Below are positions 31,705-42,573 of a stretch of DNA of 64,000 bases, piece by piece (position 1 is the stretch's first letter; each line of letters begins with the position of its first letter). The notes below the pieces were generated by a model. That model saw only the letters and a list, made by a program, of their open reading frames with translations. It did no database searches and was not told the origin of the DNA. This DNA comes from Trueperaceae bacterium (GTDB lineage Bacteria > Deinococcota > Deinococci > Deinococcales > Trueperaceae): positions 736,001-800,000 of the forward strand of contig OZ243927.1 in NCBI GenBank assembly GCA_965213925.1, written 5' to 3'. The translations under genes and the position numbers were made by a program.

Positions 31705-31756
31705 AAAGGACTGAGGACTGAGGTCAAAGACTTTTCTCTCAGTCCTCAGTCCTTTT
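31705..31756. repeat. AGGACTG-heptamer palindromic repeat
   Basis: AAAAGGACTGAGGACTGAG...CTCAGTCCTCAGTCCTTTT between sufB and sufD. Confidence 0.8.
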
Positions 31757-31764
31757 ACCTGCTT

Positions 31765-33174
31765 TTACCCCACGCTCCCTTCCATCTCGAGTTCGATCAA
31801 GCGGTTTAACTCGACGGCGTACTCGAGCGGCAACTCTTTCGCCACAGGCTCTAAAAATCCACGCACGATCAGCGCGGCGGCTTCAGCTTCTTCTAAACCG
31901 CGCGACTGCAGGTAGAAAATCTGCTCGTCGTTGAGCTTCGAAACCGTCGCCTCGTGACCGACGTGCGCGGTCTTTTCGTTAATTTGGATGTACGGATAGG
32001 TGTCGGTCTTGGCGCTGTCATCCAGGAGGAGCGCGTCACACTCGACGTTGGAGCGTGCGTTTCTCGCGCCTTCATGGATGTCCACCAGACCGCGGTACGA
32101 GGAGCGCCCGCCGTCTTTCGAGATGGACTTCGACACCACCGAGGAAGAGGTATGCGGCGCAGCGTGGACCATCTTCGCGCCTGCGTCCTGATGCTGCCCT
32201 TCGCCCGCAAAGGCGATGGACAAGACTTCGCCCCGTGCGCCCTCGTCTAAGAGGTAGCAAGACGGGTACTTCATCGTGACTTTCGAGCCTAAGTTGCCGT
32301 CCAACCAGCCCATCGAAGCGTCCTTGTAAACTAGGGCACGCTGCGTGACGAGGTTGTAGACGTTGTGTGACCAGTTCTGAATCGTCGAGTAGCGCACGTC
32401 CGAGTTGTCGTTACAGATGATCTCGATGACGCCGCTGTGGAACGAGTCCGAGTTATAGGTCGGCGCGGTGCAGCCCTCGATGTAGTGAAACTTCGAGCCC
32501 TCTTCGCCGATGATGAGCGTCCGCTCGAACTGCCCCATGCTCTGCGCGTTGATAAGGAAGTAGGCTTGCAGCGGTACTTCGATTTCGACGCCAGCCGGCA
32601 CGTAGACGAACGAGCCACCCGACCACGCCGCCGAGTTCACCGCCGCGAAGTAGTTGTCCTCGGGTGGTACGACGGTCGCGAAGTACTCGCGGAACAGCTC
32701 GGGGTGCTCTTGGAGACCCGTATCGGTATCCATGAAGATGACGCCCTGCTTCTCCCACTCCTCTTTGAGCGAGTGGTAGACCATCTCCGACTCGTACTGC
32801 GCGCCGACGCCCGCCAAGGCCTTCTGCTCCGCCTCGGGGATTCCCAAACGGCGGTAGGTCTCGCGGACCTCTTCGGGCACGTCGTCCCAGGAGTTGGTGC
32901 CCTTCTTGTCCTGCGGGCGGATGTAGAAGTAGATGTCGTCGAAGTTGAGGCTGTTAAGGTCCGGTCCCCACTTGGGGCGACCTTTCTTCTCGGCGATCTC
33001 GAGCGCCTTGAGGCGAAACGCGAGCATCCACTCCGGCTCGTTTTTGTGATACGAAATCTGCTCGATGACGCGGCGCGTCAAGCCCTTTTCCGAGCGGAAG
33101 AAGTACTCTTCGGGTAGGCTGAACTGGTACTGCTTTTCGTGCTGCATCCCTTGCAGGTTGGTTGCGTCAGACAT
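31765..33174 (-). CDS. sufB: Fe-S cluster assembly protein SufB
   Basis: [29 protein letters not shown] and ELPLEYAVE motifs. Confidence 0.97.
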   Translation of the reverse strand: MSDATNLQGMQHEKQYQFSLPEEYFFRSEKGLTRRVIEQISYHKNEPEWMLAFRLKALEIAEKKGRPKWGPDLNSLNFDDIYFYIRPQDKKGTNSWDDVPEEVRETYRRLGIPEAEQKALAGVGAQYESEMVYHSLKEEWEKQGVIFMDTDTGLQEHPELFREYFATVVPPEDNYFAAVNSAAWSGGSFVYVPAGVEIEVPLQAYFLINAQSMGQFERTLIIGEEGSKFHYIEGCTAPTYNSDSFHSGVIEIICNDNSDVRYSTIQNWSHNVYNLVTQRALVYKDASMGWLDGNLGSKVTMKYPSCYLLDEGARGEVLSIAFAGEGQHQDAGAKMVHAAPHTSSSVVSKSISKDGGRSSYRGLVDIHEGARNARSNVECDALLLDDSAKTDTYPYIQINEKTAHVGHEATVSKLNDEQIFYLQSRGLEEAEAAALIVRGFLEPVAKELPLEYAVELNRLIELEMEGSVG

Positions 33175-33288
33175 GAAGTGTTCCTTTCCTAGTCTGGATA
33201 AGCATGATAGTTGATTGAATCTAAGGACTGAGCAGTCAGTAGACAGAATTCAGCATTACTACTGACTACTGAATTTTGTCTATTGAAC

Positions 33289-34044
33289 CTACACCGCCAC
33301 CTCTTCGCGCAACCAGTCATAGCCCTTCTGGTCAAGCTCCATCGCCAACTCCTTCGGACCCTCTTTGATGACTTTGCCCTTATACATCACGTGGACTTTG
33401 TCCGGGATGATGTAGTTGAGCAGGCGCTGATAGTGCGTGATGACGAGCGCCCCGAAATTCTCACCTCTCGCGGCGTTCACGCCCTGCGAGACGGTTTTAA
33501 GCGCGTCCACATCCAGACCCGAATCGGTCTCGTCGAGGATGGCGTACTTGGGCTCTAAAACTAAAAGCTGCAAGACCTCACTGCGCTTCTTCTCGCCGCC
33601 CGAGAAGCCCTCGTGCAAATTGCGCTCGATGATGGAGTCGTCCCAGTTAAGCGCTTTAACCGCACTCTGGAGCTTGTTGTAGAACTCCATCACGCCGATT
33701 TCGTCGTCGTCCTCGCGGCGGGCGTTCACGGCTAAGCGCAAGAAGTTGGCGATCGAGACGCCAGGGACTTCGACGGGATACTGAAACGCCAAGTAGAGAC
33801 CGGCGCGCGCCCTTTCGTCGGGCTCCATCTCCATGACGTTTTCGCCGTCTACTAAGATTTCACCTTCCGTGACTTCGTAGGCGGGGTCACCTGCGATGAC
33901 CTTGGCGAGCGTGGATTTGCCTGAGCCGTTGGGGCCCATCAGCGCGTGGACTTCACCCGTTGGTACGACTAAATCTATACCGCGTAAAATAGGCTCGCCG
34001 TTGATTTCGGCGTGCAGGTTGCGGATTTCTAGCTGATTACTCAT
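33289..34044 (-). CDS. sufC: Fe-S cluster assembly ATPase SufC
   Basis: [16 protein letters not shown] and LDETDSGLD motifs. Confidence 0.97.
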   Translation of the reverse strand: MSNQLEIRNLHAEINGEPILRGIDLVVPTGEVHALMGPNGSGKSTLAKVIAGDPAYEVTEGEILVDGENVMEMEPDERARAGLYLAFQYPVEVPGVSIANFLRLAVNARREDDDEIGVMEFYNKLQSAVKALNWDDSIIERNLHEGFSGGEKKRSEVLQLLVLEPKYAILDETDSGLDVDALKTVSQGVNAARGENFGALVITHYQRLLNYIIPDKVHVMYKGKVIKEGPKELAMELDQKGYDWLREEVAV

Positions 34045-34126
34045 GGACACCTCTTACTTGTGAATGGCTTGTAAAGAGAGAAAATGGGGCTCCCCTAGCC
34101 TCAACCGAGTGAGGCGAGGGTGAGCT

Positions 34127-34195
34127 TTTTAGGACTCATTCCGAGTTTTAGTATACACGCCTAGAGGGGTAAAGTCGAGTATTCCACTCAGCATT
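34127..34195 (-). promoter_or_regulatory. suf promoter with Rrf2/IscR-like operator
   Basis: Minus strand TCGACT-17 nt-TATACT; GAGT-N5-ACTC dyad over the -35 and ACTC-N5-GAGT dyad near +1. Confidence 0.55.
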
Positions 34196-34364
34196 TCAGA
34201 GCGTCGGATAGGGTCTCATACGGATTCCGCTTCATTCTCTATCACTGAGAGAAGCTTCGGGGAAACGTCTATACGTTCTATCCGTCTCTTCTTTTCTATT
34301 CACGCGGTTCCCGGGTAATTCTCGTAGGAATTACTTCGAGATGGTCTAAATAGGACGTGGCGGG

Positions 34365-35309
34365 CTACTTCTTGCGCTTAAACCAGCCAAACAGCCCCGA
34401 CTTCTCATCGGCTATATCTTTGGGGGCTGCGGGCGCGGCGTCGCTCTGTGTCTGTTTCACGCGGCTCGCCCGCCCGATTTGCGGCGGCATCTGCACCGTC
34501 TCGGCGCTGAGCCCGGCCGCTCGACTAAACACACTGATAAAGTCGCGCACGGTCTTAAAGCGCTTCGCCTGGTCGCGCGACATCGCCGTTTTAACGACGC
34601 TGTTGACCGTGGCGCTCAGCTCGGGTCGGTGGTGGCGCAAATTTTTGGGTAGCCCTGAGAGGTGCGCCATCATCAAATCTTGCTGCGTGCTGCCCGTGAA
34701 AGGACGCTCGCCCGCGAGGACTTCATAGGCGAGAATACCCAGACTGTACACGTCACTTTGAACCGTGGCGTTATGACCTTGGAAAATTTCGGGAGCCATA
34801 TAAAAGGCGGTGCCGACGCGCTCGTTGGACTTTTCGGTGAGGTAGAGCCCCGTGCCGAAGTCGCCCAGTTTCGCCTTGTCCTCGCGGATCAAAAAGACGT
34901 TGGCGGGTTTCACGTCGCGGTGGAGGATTTGGCGGGTGTGGGCGTGTTCTAACCCCCGCGCCACATCTAAAATGAGCTTGTAAGCGAGGTCCAAAGGAAG
35001 CTGCCCGCGCTCTAAGAGCCGCTGGTCTAAGGTTCCGCCGGGGCACAGCTCGAGCGCCAAAAATGCGTGAGCGCCCGTGGGGTGCCCGTCCAACGCCCTT
35101 ACGATGCTCGAGTGTTTAAGCTTCAAGGTGAACTGCACCTCGTTCTCGAACATGCGCCGCAAGACGGGTTGCTTGTGCAACTCCGGTCTCGGCAGCTTGA
35201 GCGCCACCTCCCCCAAATCCTCGTGCTCGGCCCTATAGACGTGAGAAGTCTGCCCGGAGCCTAAGAGCCGAGATACTTGGTAATCGGGGGGAGTGTAAGT
35301 GGGTTCCAT
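34365..35309 (-). CDS. soluble Hanks-type Ser/Thr protein kinase
   Basis: GSGQTSHV, VALK, HRDVKPAN, DFG and YMAPE motifs. Confidence 0.93.
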   Translation of the reverse strand: MEPTYTPPDYQVSRLLGSGQTSHVYRAEHEDLGEVALKLPRPELHKQPVLRRMFENEVQFTLKLKHSSIVRALDGHPTGAHAFLALELCPGGTLDQRLLERGQLPLDLAYKLILDVARGLEHAHTRQILHRDVKPANVFLIREDKAKLGDFGTGLYLTEKSNERVGTAFYMAPEIFQGHNATVQSDVYSLGILAYEVLAGERPFTGSTQQDLMMAHLSGLPKNLRHHRPELSATVNSVVKTAMSRDQAKRFKTVRDFISVFSRAAGLSAETVQMPPQIGRASRVKQTQSDAAPAAPKDIADEKSGLFGWFKRKK

Positions 35310-35321
35310 AAAAAGGGGTCC

Positions 35322-35996
35322 TTAAAGCTCGGTGCTCTCTCCAGGGGATAAAACGGTGCACCTGCTGTTCGTCTGGCTCTCGACAGATGACTTGAACGCT
35401 CCCGCGTCTTGCTGGATGACCTCGAAGGTGTTGTAGTGAACGGGGATGACCTCTTTGGGCTGAGTCATCTTAACCGCTTCTAGCGCGTCGTCCGGTCCCA
35501 TCGTGAAGTTGTCGCCAATCGGCAAGATGGCGAGGTCGATGCCGCCTCTGGTGATGAGCTTCATGTCGCTAAAGAGCGCCGTGTCGCCCGCGTGATAGAT
35601 GCGCTTGCCTTCGATCTCCAAGATGATGCCCATCGGCATTCCCCCGTAGGTGCCGTCAGGAAAGGAACTCGAGTGCCACGCCGGGGTGAAGGTCACCTTG
35701 CCGAAGTCGAAGGTGCGGCTGCCGCCGGGGTTCATCGGGTGCGCCTGAATGTCCTTTTCACCCACGTAGTTAGCGATCTCGAAGCTCGAGACGACCGTCG
35801 CCCCGCTCCTTTTGGCGATGTCTTCGGTGTCGCCGTAGTGATCGCCGTGCGCGTGGGTCAGCAGGATGTGCGAGGGCGAAAACTCGTCCGGGCTATTTAC
35901 TGCAAGCTCGTTGCCCGACATGAAGGGGTCGATCAAGATGCTGTGACCGTTTATCTCGATGTGAAAGCCGGACTGTCCTAAAAAAGTAATCTTCAT
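35322..35996 (-). CDS. metal-dependent hydrolase, UPF0173 (MBL fold)
   Basis: THAHGDH, YHAGDT, LPIGDNFTMG and PVHYNTF motifs. Confidence 0.92.
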   Translation of the reverse strand: MKITFLGQSGFHIEINGHSILIDPFMSGNELAVNSPDEFSPSHILLTHAHGDHYGDTEDIAKRSGATVVSSFEIANYVGEKDIQAHPMNPGGSRTFDFGKVTFTPAWHSSSFPDGTYGGMPMGIILEIEGKRIYHAGDTALFSDMKLITRGGIDLAILPIGDNFTMGPDDALEAVKMTQPKEVIPVHYNTFEVIQQDAGAFKSSVESQTNSRCTVLSPGESTEL

Positions 35997-36131
35997 AGCG
36001 CCTCCTACAGCTTACCGTACGCGAATCCCTTAGGGTTGTGAAAGTATTCTAACATTCACGCGAAAAGGTTTTTTTCCGTTTTTGCTTCGCAAGTTGTGTG
36101 GGTGGCTGTCTATCCGATCCCGACAAGACAT

Positions 36132-37322
36132 CTAGCTCACCTCTTGCTCCGGCGGCTGCGGCTCGGCTCGCGCGGCTACTTGCGGATAGGTGACGCGCCC
36201 GGTGATCAGCAGGTCCCGCTCGATGAAGTCCGTCGCGAGGTCGCTCAGCTCGATCGCTTCGTCCATCTCGGTCACGCCGAGTCCGCTCAGGGGACTCGCG
36301 CCGCCTCCACCTAGAAGCTTAGGACCGATGAAGGTGGCGATCTTGTCGACAGCGCGCTTTTCGAAAAAGGACCAGGCGAGGGTGCCGCCGCCCTCGAGCA
36401 GCAAACTCGTGACTTCTAGCTCGTAGAGTTTCTCCAGAGCGGCGCGGAGGTCGGCGCGCCCGCGCGTCTCGGGAAGGCTGAAAACCTGTGCGCCCTTCTC
36501 CTCCAAAGCTGCGACCCTCGCCTCCGGCGCTTTCTCCGTCACGAAGAGGATGACTTTCGCGTCTTGCCCTTGCGGGTCTCGGCCAAAAAGCTTGGCGTCC
36601 ACGGGCGTACGCGCGACCGAATCGAAGACCACTTTAATAGGGGTTTGCCCGCGCTCGAGGCGCGAGGTTAGGAGCGGATCGTCGAGCAAGACGGTGTTGA
36701 TGCCGACCGCCACCGCGTCTAGCTCATTGCGCCACACCTGCACCAAGTCCCGCGCCGCTTTGCCCGTAATCCAGCGCGACTGTCCGGTGCGTGTAGCGAT
36801 CTTCCCGTCCAGCGTCATCGCGGTTTTGTAGAGCACGAAAGGGCGCTGGTGACGCTGCACCGTAAGGAAAACCTCGTTTTGCCGTTCAGCCTGATCCTGA
36901 AGCACGCCGGTGACGACCTCGATACCCGCGTTTTGTAGCGCTTCGACGCCGTTCACTTTCGGATTGGGGTCCTCCGCACCGATGACGACGCGGCGCACGC
37001 CCGCGCGGATGAGCGCGTCGGTGCAAGGCGGGGTGCGTCCGTGATGGCTACAGGGCTCGAGCGTCACGTAAACTGTCGCCCCTTCCACGCTCTCCTGCGC
37101 ATTTTCGGCGTCCCTAAGCGCGTTCACCTCAGCGTGAGGCTCGCCCGCGCGTTCGTGCCACCCCCTGCCGATGACCTCACCGTCTTTGACGATGACACAG
37201 CCGACGAGCGGGTTGGGCGAGGTGCGCCCGCGCCCCTTTTCGGCGAGTTCTAAGGCCTGCGCCATAAAGCGCTCGTGTTCGGCGAGCGGCTCGCTGCTGC
37301 CTGCGCTCACCGCTCCCTCCAC
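36132..37322 (-). CDS. ribD: bifunctional riboflavin deaminase/reductase
   Basis: PNPLVG, HAE, LEPCSHHGRTPPC, TLDGKIA and LLEGG motifs. Confidence 0.96.
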   Translation of the reverse strand: MEGAVSAGSSEPLAEHERFMAQALELAEKGRGRTSPNPLVGCVIVKDGEVIGRGWHERAGEPHAEVNALRDAENAQESVEGATVYVTLEPCSHHGRTPPCTDALIRAGVRRVVIGAEDPNPKVNGVEALQNAGIEVVTGVLQDQAERQNEVFLTVQRHQRPFVLYKTAMTLDGKIATRTGQSRWITGKAARDLVQVWRNELDAVAVGINTVLLDDPLLTSRLERGQTPIKVVFDSVARTPVDAKLFGRDPQGQDAKVILFVTEKAPEARVAALEEKGAQVFSLPETRGRADLRAALEKLYELEVTSLLLEGGGTLAWSFFEKRAVDKIATFIGPKLLGGGGASPLSGLGVTEMDEAIELSDLATDFIERDLLITGRVTYPQVAARAEPQPPEQEVS

Positions 37323-37655
37323 GTAAGTACTACGTTCGACTTCATAATGTTGAGGCTAGATGCCCGTGCGCCTAGCCGTACCTCCCCGCTTAGTATACGG
37401 CTCGAGCGACCGGCGCAAATTGCGTCGCACCTCTATTCGGCATTTCCGCTCGTCACTACCGCACCACGAGTAGCGAAGGACCTAAGTGAAAGGCTTCGCT
37501 GCAGTTCTATAGACCTTGTTGCTACGCTCACGTATGGCGTTTCGGAGTCGGCTAAACCTGTACTACACGGGCGTTAGCTTTTGAAGTTTGGGTTAGTCGT
37601 TACTCCTACGAGAGCGCTTAATGACCAGAAAATACTCTCTATACAGGAGGATTAA

Positions 37656-38153
37656 ATGTTCAGATCGTTTTTAGCCCTAATTTTGCTCTTTGCTCTAGCC
37701 GCGTGTACGCCGGGGACGAAAGGGAGCAGCGCCTCGAGCGCATTCGATGTAAGAGAAGGACCCATCATGATTTCCGACGCGGGCGGCTACTACGCTTCTT
37801 ACCAGGTCGTGCCGCAAGCGTTCGGACTTGACCCCGACGACTTCGCCACAGCGGTTGTGAAAAATCCTAGAAAGGGTAAAAAAACCTCGGCGAATATCAC
37901 CAACCGCTTCAGCGTTGCAAATACCTCCATGCCAGAAGACTGGGAGGTTATGCTCAGCTCGGCCAAACTCATTAAAGAGGTTGCGGAGGTGGGTAGCCGT
38001 TCGGTGAGCTACTACTACTGGCTCGACCTCACGTTCAAAATCGACGTACCAGAGGGTGCGGAGCCCGGTGTCTATGGCGAGAGTGTGCGCGTCAAGGCGA
38101 GAAGCGGAGTAGAGCAAGCGGTTCCGATAAACTTCATTCTAGCGTCGAGCTAG
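37656..38153 (+). CDS. hypothetical lipoprotein
   Basis: Lipobox LAAC; beta-rich body. Confidence 0.75.
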   Translation: MFRSFLALILLFALAACTPGTKGSSASSAFDVREGPIMISDAGGYYASYQVVPQAFGLDPDDFATAVVKNPRKGKKTSANITNRFSVANTSMPEDWEVMLSSAKLIKEVAEVGSRSVSYYYWLDLTFKIDVPEGAEPGVYGESVRVKARSGVEQAVPINFILASS

Positions 38154-38196
38154 AGGGTTTTGCCGCGTGAAGTGCCACGCGCAGACAATGTCTTGC

Positions 38197-38227
38197 AGGA
38201 AGAGGAGGGTTTCGCCCTCCTCTTCCT
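38197..38227. terminator. hairpin between convergent genes
   Basis: AGGAAGAGGAGGG-TTTCG-CCCTCCTCTTCCT. Confidence 0.75.
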
Positions 38228-38236
38228 TCTGTAACG

Positions 38237-39607
38237 TCAGCTCGAGAGTTCCGCCTCTTTCGCCCTACGCTGCGCCATGTGCGTATCTGAGACGAGCTTC
38301 TCGGTGCGGTCGGCAATTTCGGCGGGGGAGGGCTGCATGTCGGTGATGAGCCGCGCGTGGCGGTCGAAGGTGAGGTAGCCGTACGCCCAGTTCATAAAGG
38401 CGTTGACGCGGTTTTGATAGCCGGGCAAGTAGACGAGGTGCAAGAGTAGCCAGGAGAGCCAGCCCATGAAACCCCGGAAGTTGAAGCCGCCGAACTCCTC
38501 GGAAAGCTCGGCGATGCCCGCGTTGCGTCCGATAATCGCCATGATGCCTTTGTCAAAGTAGTTGAACGCTTCGGTCTCTCGCGCTTCGAGGTGCCGCTGA
38601 ACCTGCTTCGCGGCGTGCTTACCGCCCTGAATCGCGACCTGCGCGACCTGCGGGTGCATGTTTCCCTCTTCGTCTTTGCTGCCGGCGGAGTCGCCGACAA
38701 CAAAAGCGTAAGAATGACCCGGGACGCTCAAGTCTTTCTCGACCTTGACGCGGTAGCCGCGCTCGAGTTCTACGTCCATCGCTTCGACCACCGGGCTCGC
38801 GCGGATGCCCGCCGCCCACAGAAGCGTCTGCGTCGGGATGACCTCGCCGCTGTCGAGTTCGACCTCGTCTTCGCGCACTTCGGAGACAGCAGTCCCCAAA
38901 CGAATATCCACACCGCGCCGCCGCAGCACACGCTCCGTATATTTCTGCGATTCCTCTTCGAAGGGCGCGAGTAAATTGTCCAACATCTCGACCAGGACGA
39001 TGCGGGCTCTTGTCGTATCGAGGTCAGGAAAATCCTTGGGCAACACGCGGTCGAACAGCTCCGAGAGAGCGCCCGCCATCTCCACGCCGGTCGGACCGCC
39101 GCCGACCAGCACGAAGTTAAGAATGCCCTCGTCGATCAGGCTCGGGTCCGCGTTGGCGCGCTCGAACTGGCGCAGCACGTGTGAGCGGATGTTGACCGCC
39201 TCGGTCAAGCTCTTGAGCATAAAGCCGTGCTTTTTCACGCCGGGGATGCCGAAGTCGTTGTAAACCGCGCCCGTCGCCACGATGAGGTAATCGAAGGCTA
39301 TGTTCTCATCGTCGGCTAGGCTGACCTCTTTCTTGTCCCAGTCCACGCCGTCGACTGTGCCTTGGCGAAAGCGGAAGTTCTTTTGGTGGCGGAAGATGGC
39401 GCGCACCGTATGCGCGACCTCGTCGGGCTCTAAGCCTGCAGTGGCGACCTGATAGATGAGCGGTTGAAAGGTGTGGTAATTGTTCTGGTCGATCATCAAA
39501 ACTTCGACGGGCGCTCTCTTGAGCGCTTTGGCGGCGTAGAGCCCGCCGAACCCTGCGCCAACGACGACCACGCGCGGCTGCCGACCTGTTGTAAATTCGT
39601 GGGTCAC
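38237..39607 (-). CDS. ndh: type II NADH dehydrogenase family protein
   Basis: GAGFGG, FQPLIYQVAT, GGGPTGVEMAG and AQVAIQGG motifs; GGAGG RBS before the GTG at 39607. Confidence 0.88.
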   Translation of the reverse strand: MTHEFTTGRQPRVVVVGAGFGGLYAAKALKRAPVEVLMIDQNNYHTFQPLIYQVATAGLEPDEVAHTVRAIFRHQKNFRFRQGTVDGVDWDKKEVSLADDENIAFDYLIVATGAVYNDFGIPGVKKHGFMLKSLTEAVNIRSHVLRQFERANADPSLIDEGILNFVLVGGGPTGVEMAGALSELFDRVLPKDFPDLDTTRARIVLVEMLDNLLAPFEEESQKYTERVLRRRGVDIRLGTAVSEVREDEVELDSGEVIPTQTLLWAAGIRASPVVEAMDVELERGYRVKVEKDLSVPGHSYAFVVGDSAGSKDEEGNMHPQVAQVAIQGGKHAAKQVQRHLEARETEAFNYFDKGIMAIIGRNAGIAELSEEFGGFNFRGFMGWLSWLLLHLVYLPGYQNRVNAFMNWAYGYLTFDRHARLITDMQPSPAEIADRTEKLVSDTHMAQRRAKEAELSS

Positions 39608-39868
39608 GCTTGAACCTCCTCTGGTGATGTTGCGCAGCGACGCCGCCTTGTGCAACGTCTAAGGGTGAATCTAAATACAAGTATAACGCGCAACCCGTCA
39701 TGGTTGTTCATAAAGGAGTTATCGCTGGATAGTGAAGAGGCCCGAGCTTGACCCGCAAAGCTATCAAATAGCTATTGAACAGTTACCCCGCAACTACCCT
39801 ACATCTACCCTTACACCACCATAGCGTTAAAGCAGGTGCAAATTTGTATTCAGTTGCGCCAAGGCGGT

Positions 39869-40714
39869 TTACCCTTGCGACATTTTAAGCGCGATGGTGC
39901 GACCTGTCGGCGTGTCCGCAACGCCGCCTTCGCCCGTCTCGCGCAGTTCCGGCGGCAAGCTGCGCCCGACAGACGCCATCGCTGAGACGACCTCGTCGGG
40001 CGGGATGAAAGACTCCAAACCTGCCAGCGCGAGCTGCGCCGACGAGACCGCGTGAACGCTGAAGAAGGCGTTGCGGCTCACACAAGGCACCTCAACGTAG
40101 CCGCCCACCGGGTCACAGACTAAACCAATCGTGTTCATCAACGCCATCGTAGCCGCGTGGACGCTTCTACGCGCGTTGCCGCCCAAAAGCTCACAGACCG
40201 CCGCCGCCGCCATCGCTGCTGAGGAGCCTATCTCCGCCTGACAACCGCCCGTCGAACCGGCGATGAACATCTGTTGCGAGATGATCTCGCCGACGCCCGC
40301 CGCGAGCGCGACGGGGCGCACGAGCCTTTCGTCCTCTAAGCCCAGATGGTCCGCCACGCCTAAGAGCGCGCCGGGCAAGGTGCCCGCGCTGCCCGCTGTG
40401 GGCGCAGCGACGATGCGTCCCATGCGGGCGTTTTCTTCGTTCACCGCCATCGCGTAGGCTTGTACGCGCTTCAAGAGCGGTGCATTAAGCTTATCGTCCT
40501 CTTCAAAGAGCGTCTTCGCGTTCCAGCCGACCATCCCGGTGCGGCTCTTCTTGTCTGAAGCCAGACCTCTTCGCACTGAGTCGCGCATCTCTTTAACTCG
40601 AGACCGTAACGCCCCTAAAAATTCCTCCTTAGCTGCGTCGTCATTCTCAAACGAGTCCGCGAGAACCGCGTCAGAGGCTAGACCCTCAACTTCGGAAAGT
40701 TCGGTTAAGTTCAC
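39869..40714 (-). CDS. sdaAA: L-serine dehydratase alpha subunit
   Basis: [24 protein letters not shown] and LRETGEGG motifs. Confidence 0.94.
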   Translation of the reverse strand: MNLTELSEVEGLASDAVLADSFENDDAAKEEFLGALRSRVKEMRDSVRRGLASDKKSRTGMVGWNAKTLFEEDDKLNAPLLKRVQAYAMAVNEENARMGRIVAAPTAGSAGTLPGALLGVADHLGLEDERLVRPVALAAGVGEIISQQMFIAGSTGGCQAEIGSSAAMAAAAVCELLGGNARRSVHAATMALMNTIGLVCDPVGGYVEVPCVSRNAFFSVHAVSSAQLALAGLESFIPPDEVVSAMASVGRSLPPELRETGEGGVADTPTGRTIALKMSQG

Positions 40715-41382
40715 GCTTGACCTCGCATCACTTCGGGCAAAAAGCGCAGCCAGTGGATATAGGGCACGTGCGTCAGGTAGTCCAGCACGTATTGAGAGAG
40801 CTGCCGGTCCACCTCAACGGACATCATGGCGAAGCCGCCGCGCTTGCGCCGCGCGCAGTGCAGCGTAGCGATGTTGACCTCGTCGTCGGCGATAACCCGC
40901 GCCACGCGCGCGATCACGCCCGGTTTGTCCTCGTGCTCTAAGAGGAGGGTGTGATGTGCGCCCGAAACGTTGACGCCGAAGCCGTTGACCTTAAAAACGC
41001 GTACCAGACCGCCGCCCAAGCTCGAGCCCACCACCTCGACCTCTTCGCTAGAATTTGAAAGTCGAATGCCGACGGTGTTCGGATGGACGTCGCCTAAGTC
41101 TTTAGTCGCGAAGGTAATCTCTAAGCCCTGCGCCTGGGCAAGTTCTAAAGCGTTTTGAATGCGCGCGTCATCAGGATAGCAGCCCATCAGCCCCGCCGCT
41201 AGCGCGAGGTCTGTGCCGTGTCCCTTGGCGGTTTTCGCAAACGAGCCGTGTAGCGTGAGCGTCGCCTCCTCGGGTTCGCGGATGAGCGTGTGCCGCGCGA
41301 GTAAGGCGAGGCGGCACGCACCAGCGGTGTGGCTACTCGAGGGACCCACCATCACCGGACCAATGACATCTAAGAGGCTCAT
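40711..41382 (-). CDS. sdaAB: L-serine dehydratase beta subunit
   Basis: [18 protein letters not shown] and a C-terminal ACT domain. Confidence 0.94.
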   Translation of the reverse strand: MSLLDVIGPVMVGPSSSHTAGACRLALLARHTLIREPEEATLTLHGSFAKTAKGHGTDLALAAGLMGCYPDDARIQNALELAQAQGLEITFATKDLGDVHPNTVGIRLSNSSEEVEVVGSSLGGGLVRVFKVNGFGVNVSGAHHTLLLEHEDKPGVIARVARVIADDEVNIATLHCARRKRGGFAMMSVEVDRQLSQYVLDYLTHVPYIHWLRFLPEVMRGQA

Positions 41383-41394
41383 GCTGCTATCAGT

Positions 41395-41664
41395 TTAGCG
41401 AGCGTGACCCCCCTCGTTTCGCCCCGGTTTCATCACGAAGTACAAAATGATGGCGATAAGCGGGAAGACGACCGCGCCTAGTCCCCACATAATTTTCTGC
41501 GGACGAGTCAGCGCGTCGCGCTTCGAGGTCTGGTTGGCAACGAAGATAACGATCGCTGCCCACACTGCAATCGCGACGAGCAAAAGAAACACTTCGGTGC
41601 TCGTCGCCGGAAAACTGAGCCCGACGGTGCCTAAAACGGTTGTGTGGCTGATAGTGTAAGACAT
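41395..41664 (-). CDS. small membrane protein (PLDc_N-like)
   Basis: Two TM helices with K..W...V..FP.I..ILYF. Confidence 0.6.
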   Translation of the reverse strand: MSYTISHTTVLGTVGLSFPATSTEVFLLLVAIAVWAAIVIFVANQTSKRDALTRPQKIMWGLGAVVFPLIAIILYFVMKPGRNEGGHAR

Positions 41665-41742
41665 AAGTATCCCCCAATAAGCTCGAGGATACAAAGAAGA
41701 ATCAAGTTTTTCTGCCGTCAGCGTTGCAGTTATAGAAGCTAG

Positions 41743-41816
41743 AAGCAATGAGCAATGAGCCTAAAGCAATGAGCCTAAAGGGTTTCACTCATTGCTCGTT
41801 GCTCTTGACTCATTAC
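41743..41816. repeat. AGCAAYG-heptamer palindromic repeat, copy 4
   Basis: AGCAATGAGCAATGAG...CTCATTGCTCGTTGCT downstream of the HU gene. Confidence 0.8.
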
Positions 41817-41819
41817 TCC

Positions 41820-42110
41820 CTACTTAACAGACTCCTTGAGCGATTTGCCGGGCTTAAACGCCGGATATTTGCTCGCCGGGATGTCAATTTTGTCGGTCGT
41901 ACCGGGTTTGACGCCCGTGCGGGCGCGGCGCTCGCGCACCTCGAAGGTGCCAAAACCTGTGAGTTGCACCTTGTACTCTTGGTCTAAGTGGTTGCCGATC
42001 TGCTCGATCATGGCGTCCATGACGGACTTGACATCTTTTTTCTTCATGCCTGTCTCGTCCGAGACTTTGTCCACGAGGTCAGCCTTAGACACGGTTTTCG
42101 CCTTCGCCAT
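41820..42110 (-). CDS. hup: DNA-binding protein HU
   Basis: GFGTFEVRERRARTG..P.T...I.IPA...P.FKPGK.LK. Confidence 0.96.
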   Translation of the reverse strand: MAKAKTVSKADLVDKVSDETGMKKKDVKSVMDAMIEQIGNHLDQEYKVQLTGFGTFEVRERRARTGVKPGTTDKIDIPASKYPAFKPGKSLKESVK

Positions 42111-42476
42111 TGTTCATGCCTCCTTTGAATTGTAACTTGGGGCGTACTTTAGCACGAGAAATCGTAAGAAAGCAAGTCCCTCACGGGACACACGAGTTTG
42201 GCGCGTCAGGGACGAGCTTTTCGACGCCTCTTCGCCCGAGCGCATCCAAGTAAATACGATAAACGTTGTCCTGGACGCAACTTTAGAGCAAGGTCAGGAA
42301 AATGTCAAGAGGTATTAGTTGCACCGGCTCGAGTGATGCAACTGTACGGTTCTGTATTGAGTGGATGCGTCAACGTAGTTTAAACCGATAAGTTGAGGCG
42401 TTTGAGGCTACTCGAGCTATAGTCCTTACCTACAATTCAAGGTAGTGGCTCCCTCTGGAATGCTCATGGAGTATGA

Positions 42477-42502
42477 AAACAAGGGGTTGCAACCCCTTGT
42501 TT
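42477..42502. repeat. REP-like palindrome, copy 3
   Basis: AAACAAGGGGTTGCAACCCCTTGTTT, a perfect 26-bp palindrome. Confidence 0.8.
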
Positions 42503-42573
42503 TCTAGCGGGAATTGGACCCACTCACGAGGCGCGTCATTCGATCTTGACCCACTACCCGATGCGATTGCACG

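Noticed and set aside
37323..37655. FMN riboswitch upstream of ribD
   Set aside because: No AGGGCGGGGTGAAATTCCC-like core.
39662..39700. GGGTGAATC...AACCCGTCA resembling part of a c-di-AMP riboswitch
   Set aside because: Only fragments match, on the strand opposite to the flanking genes.
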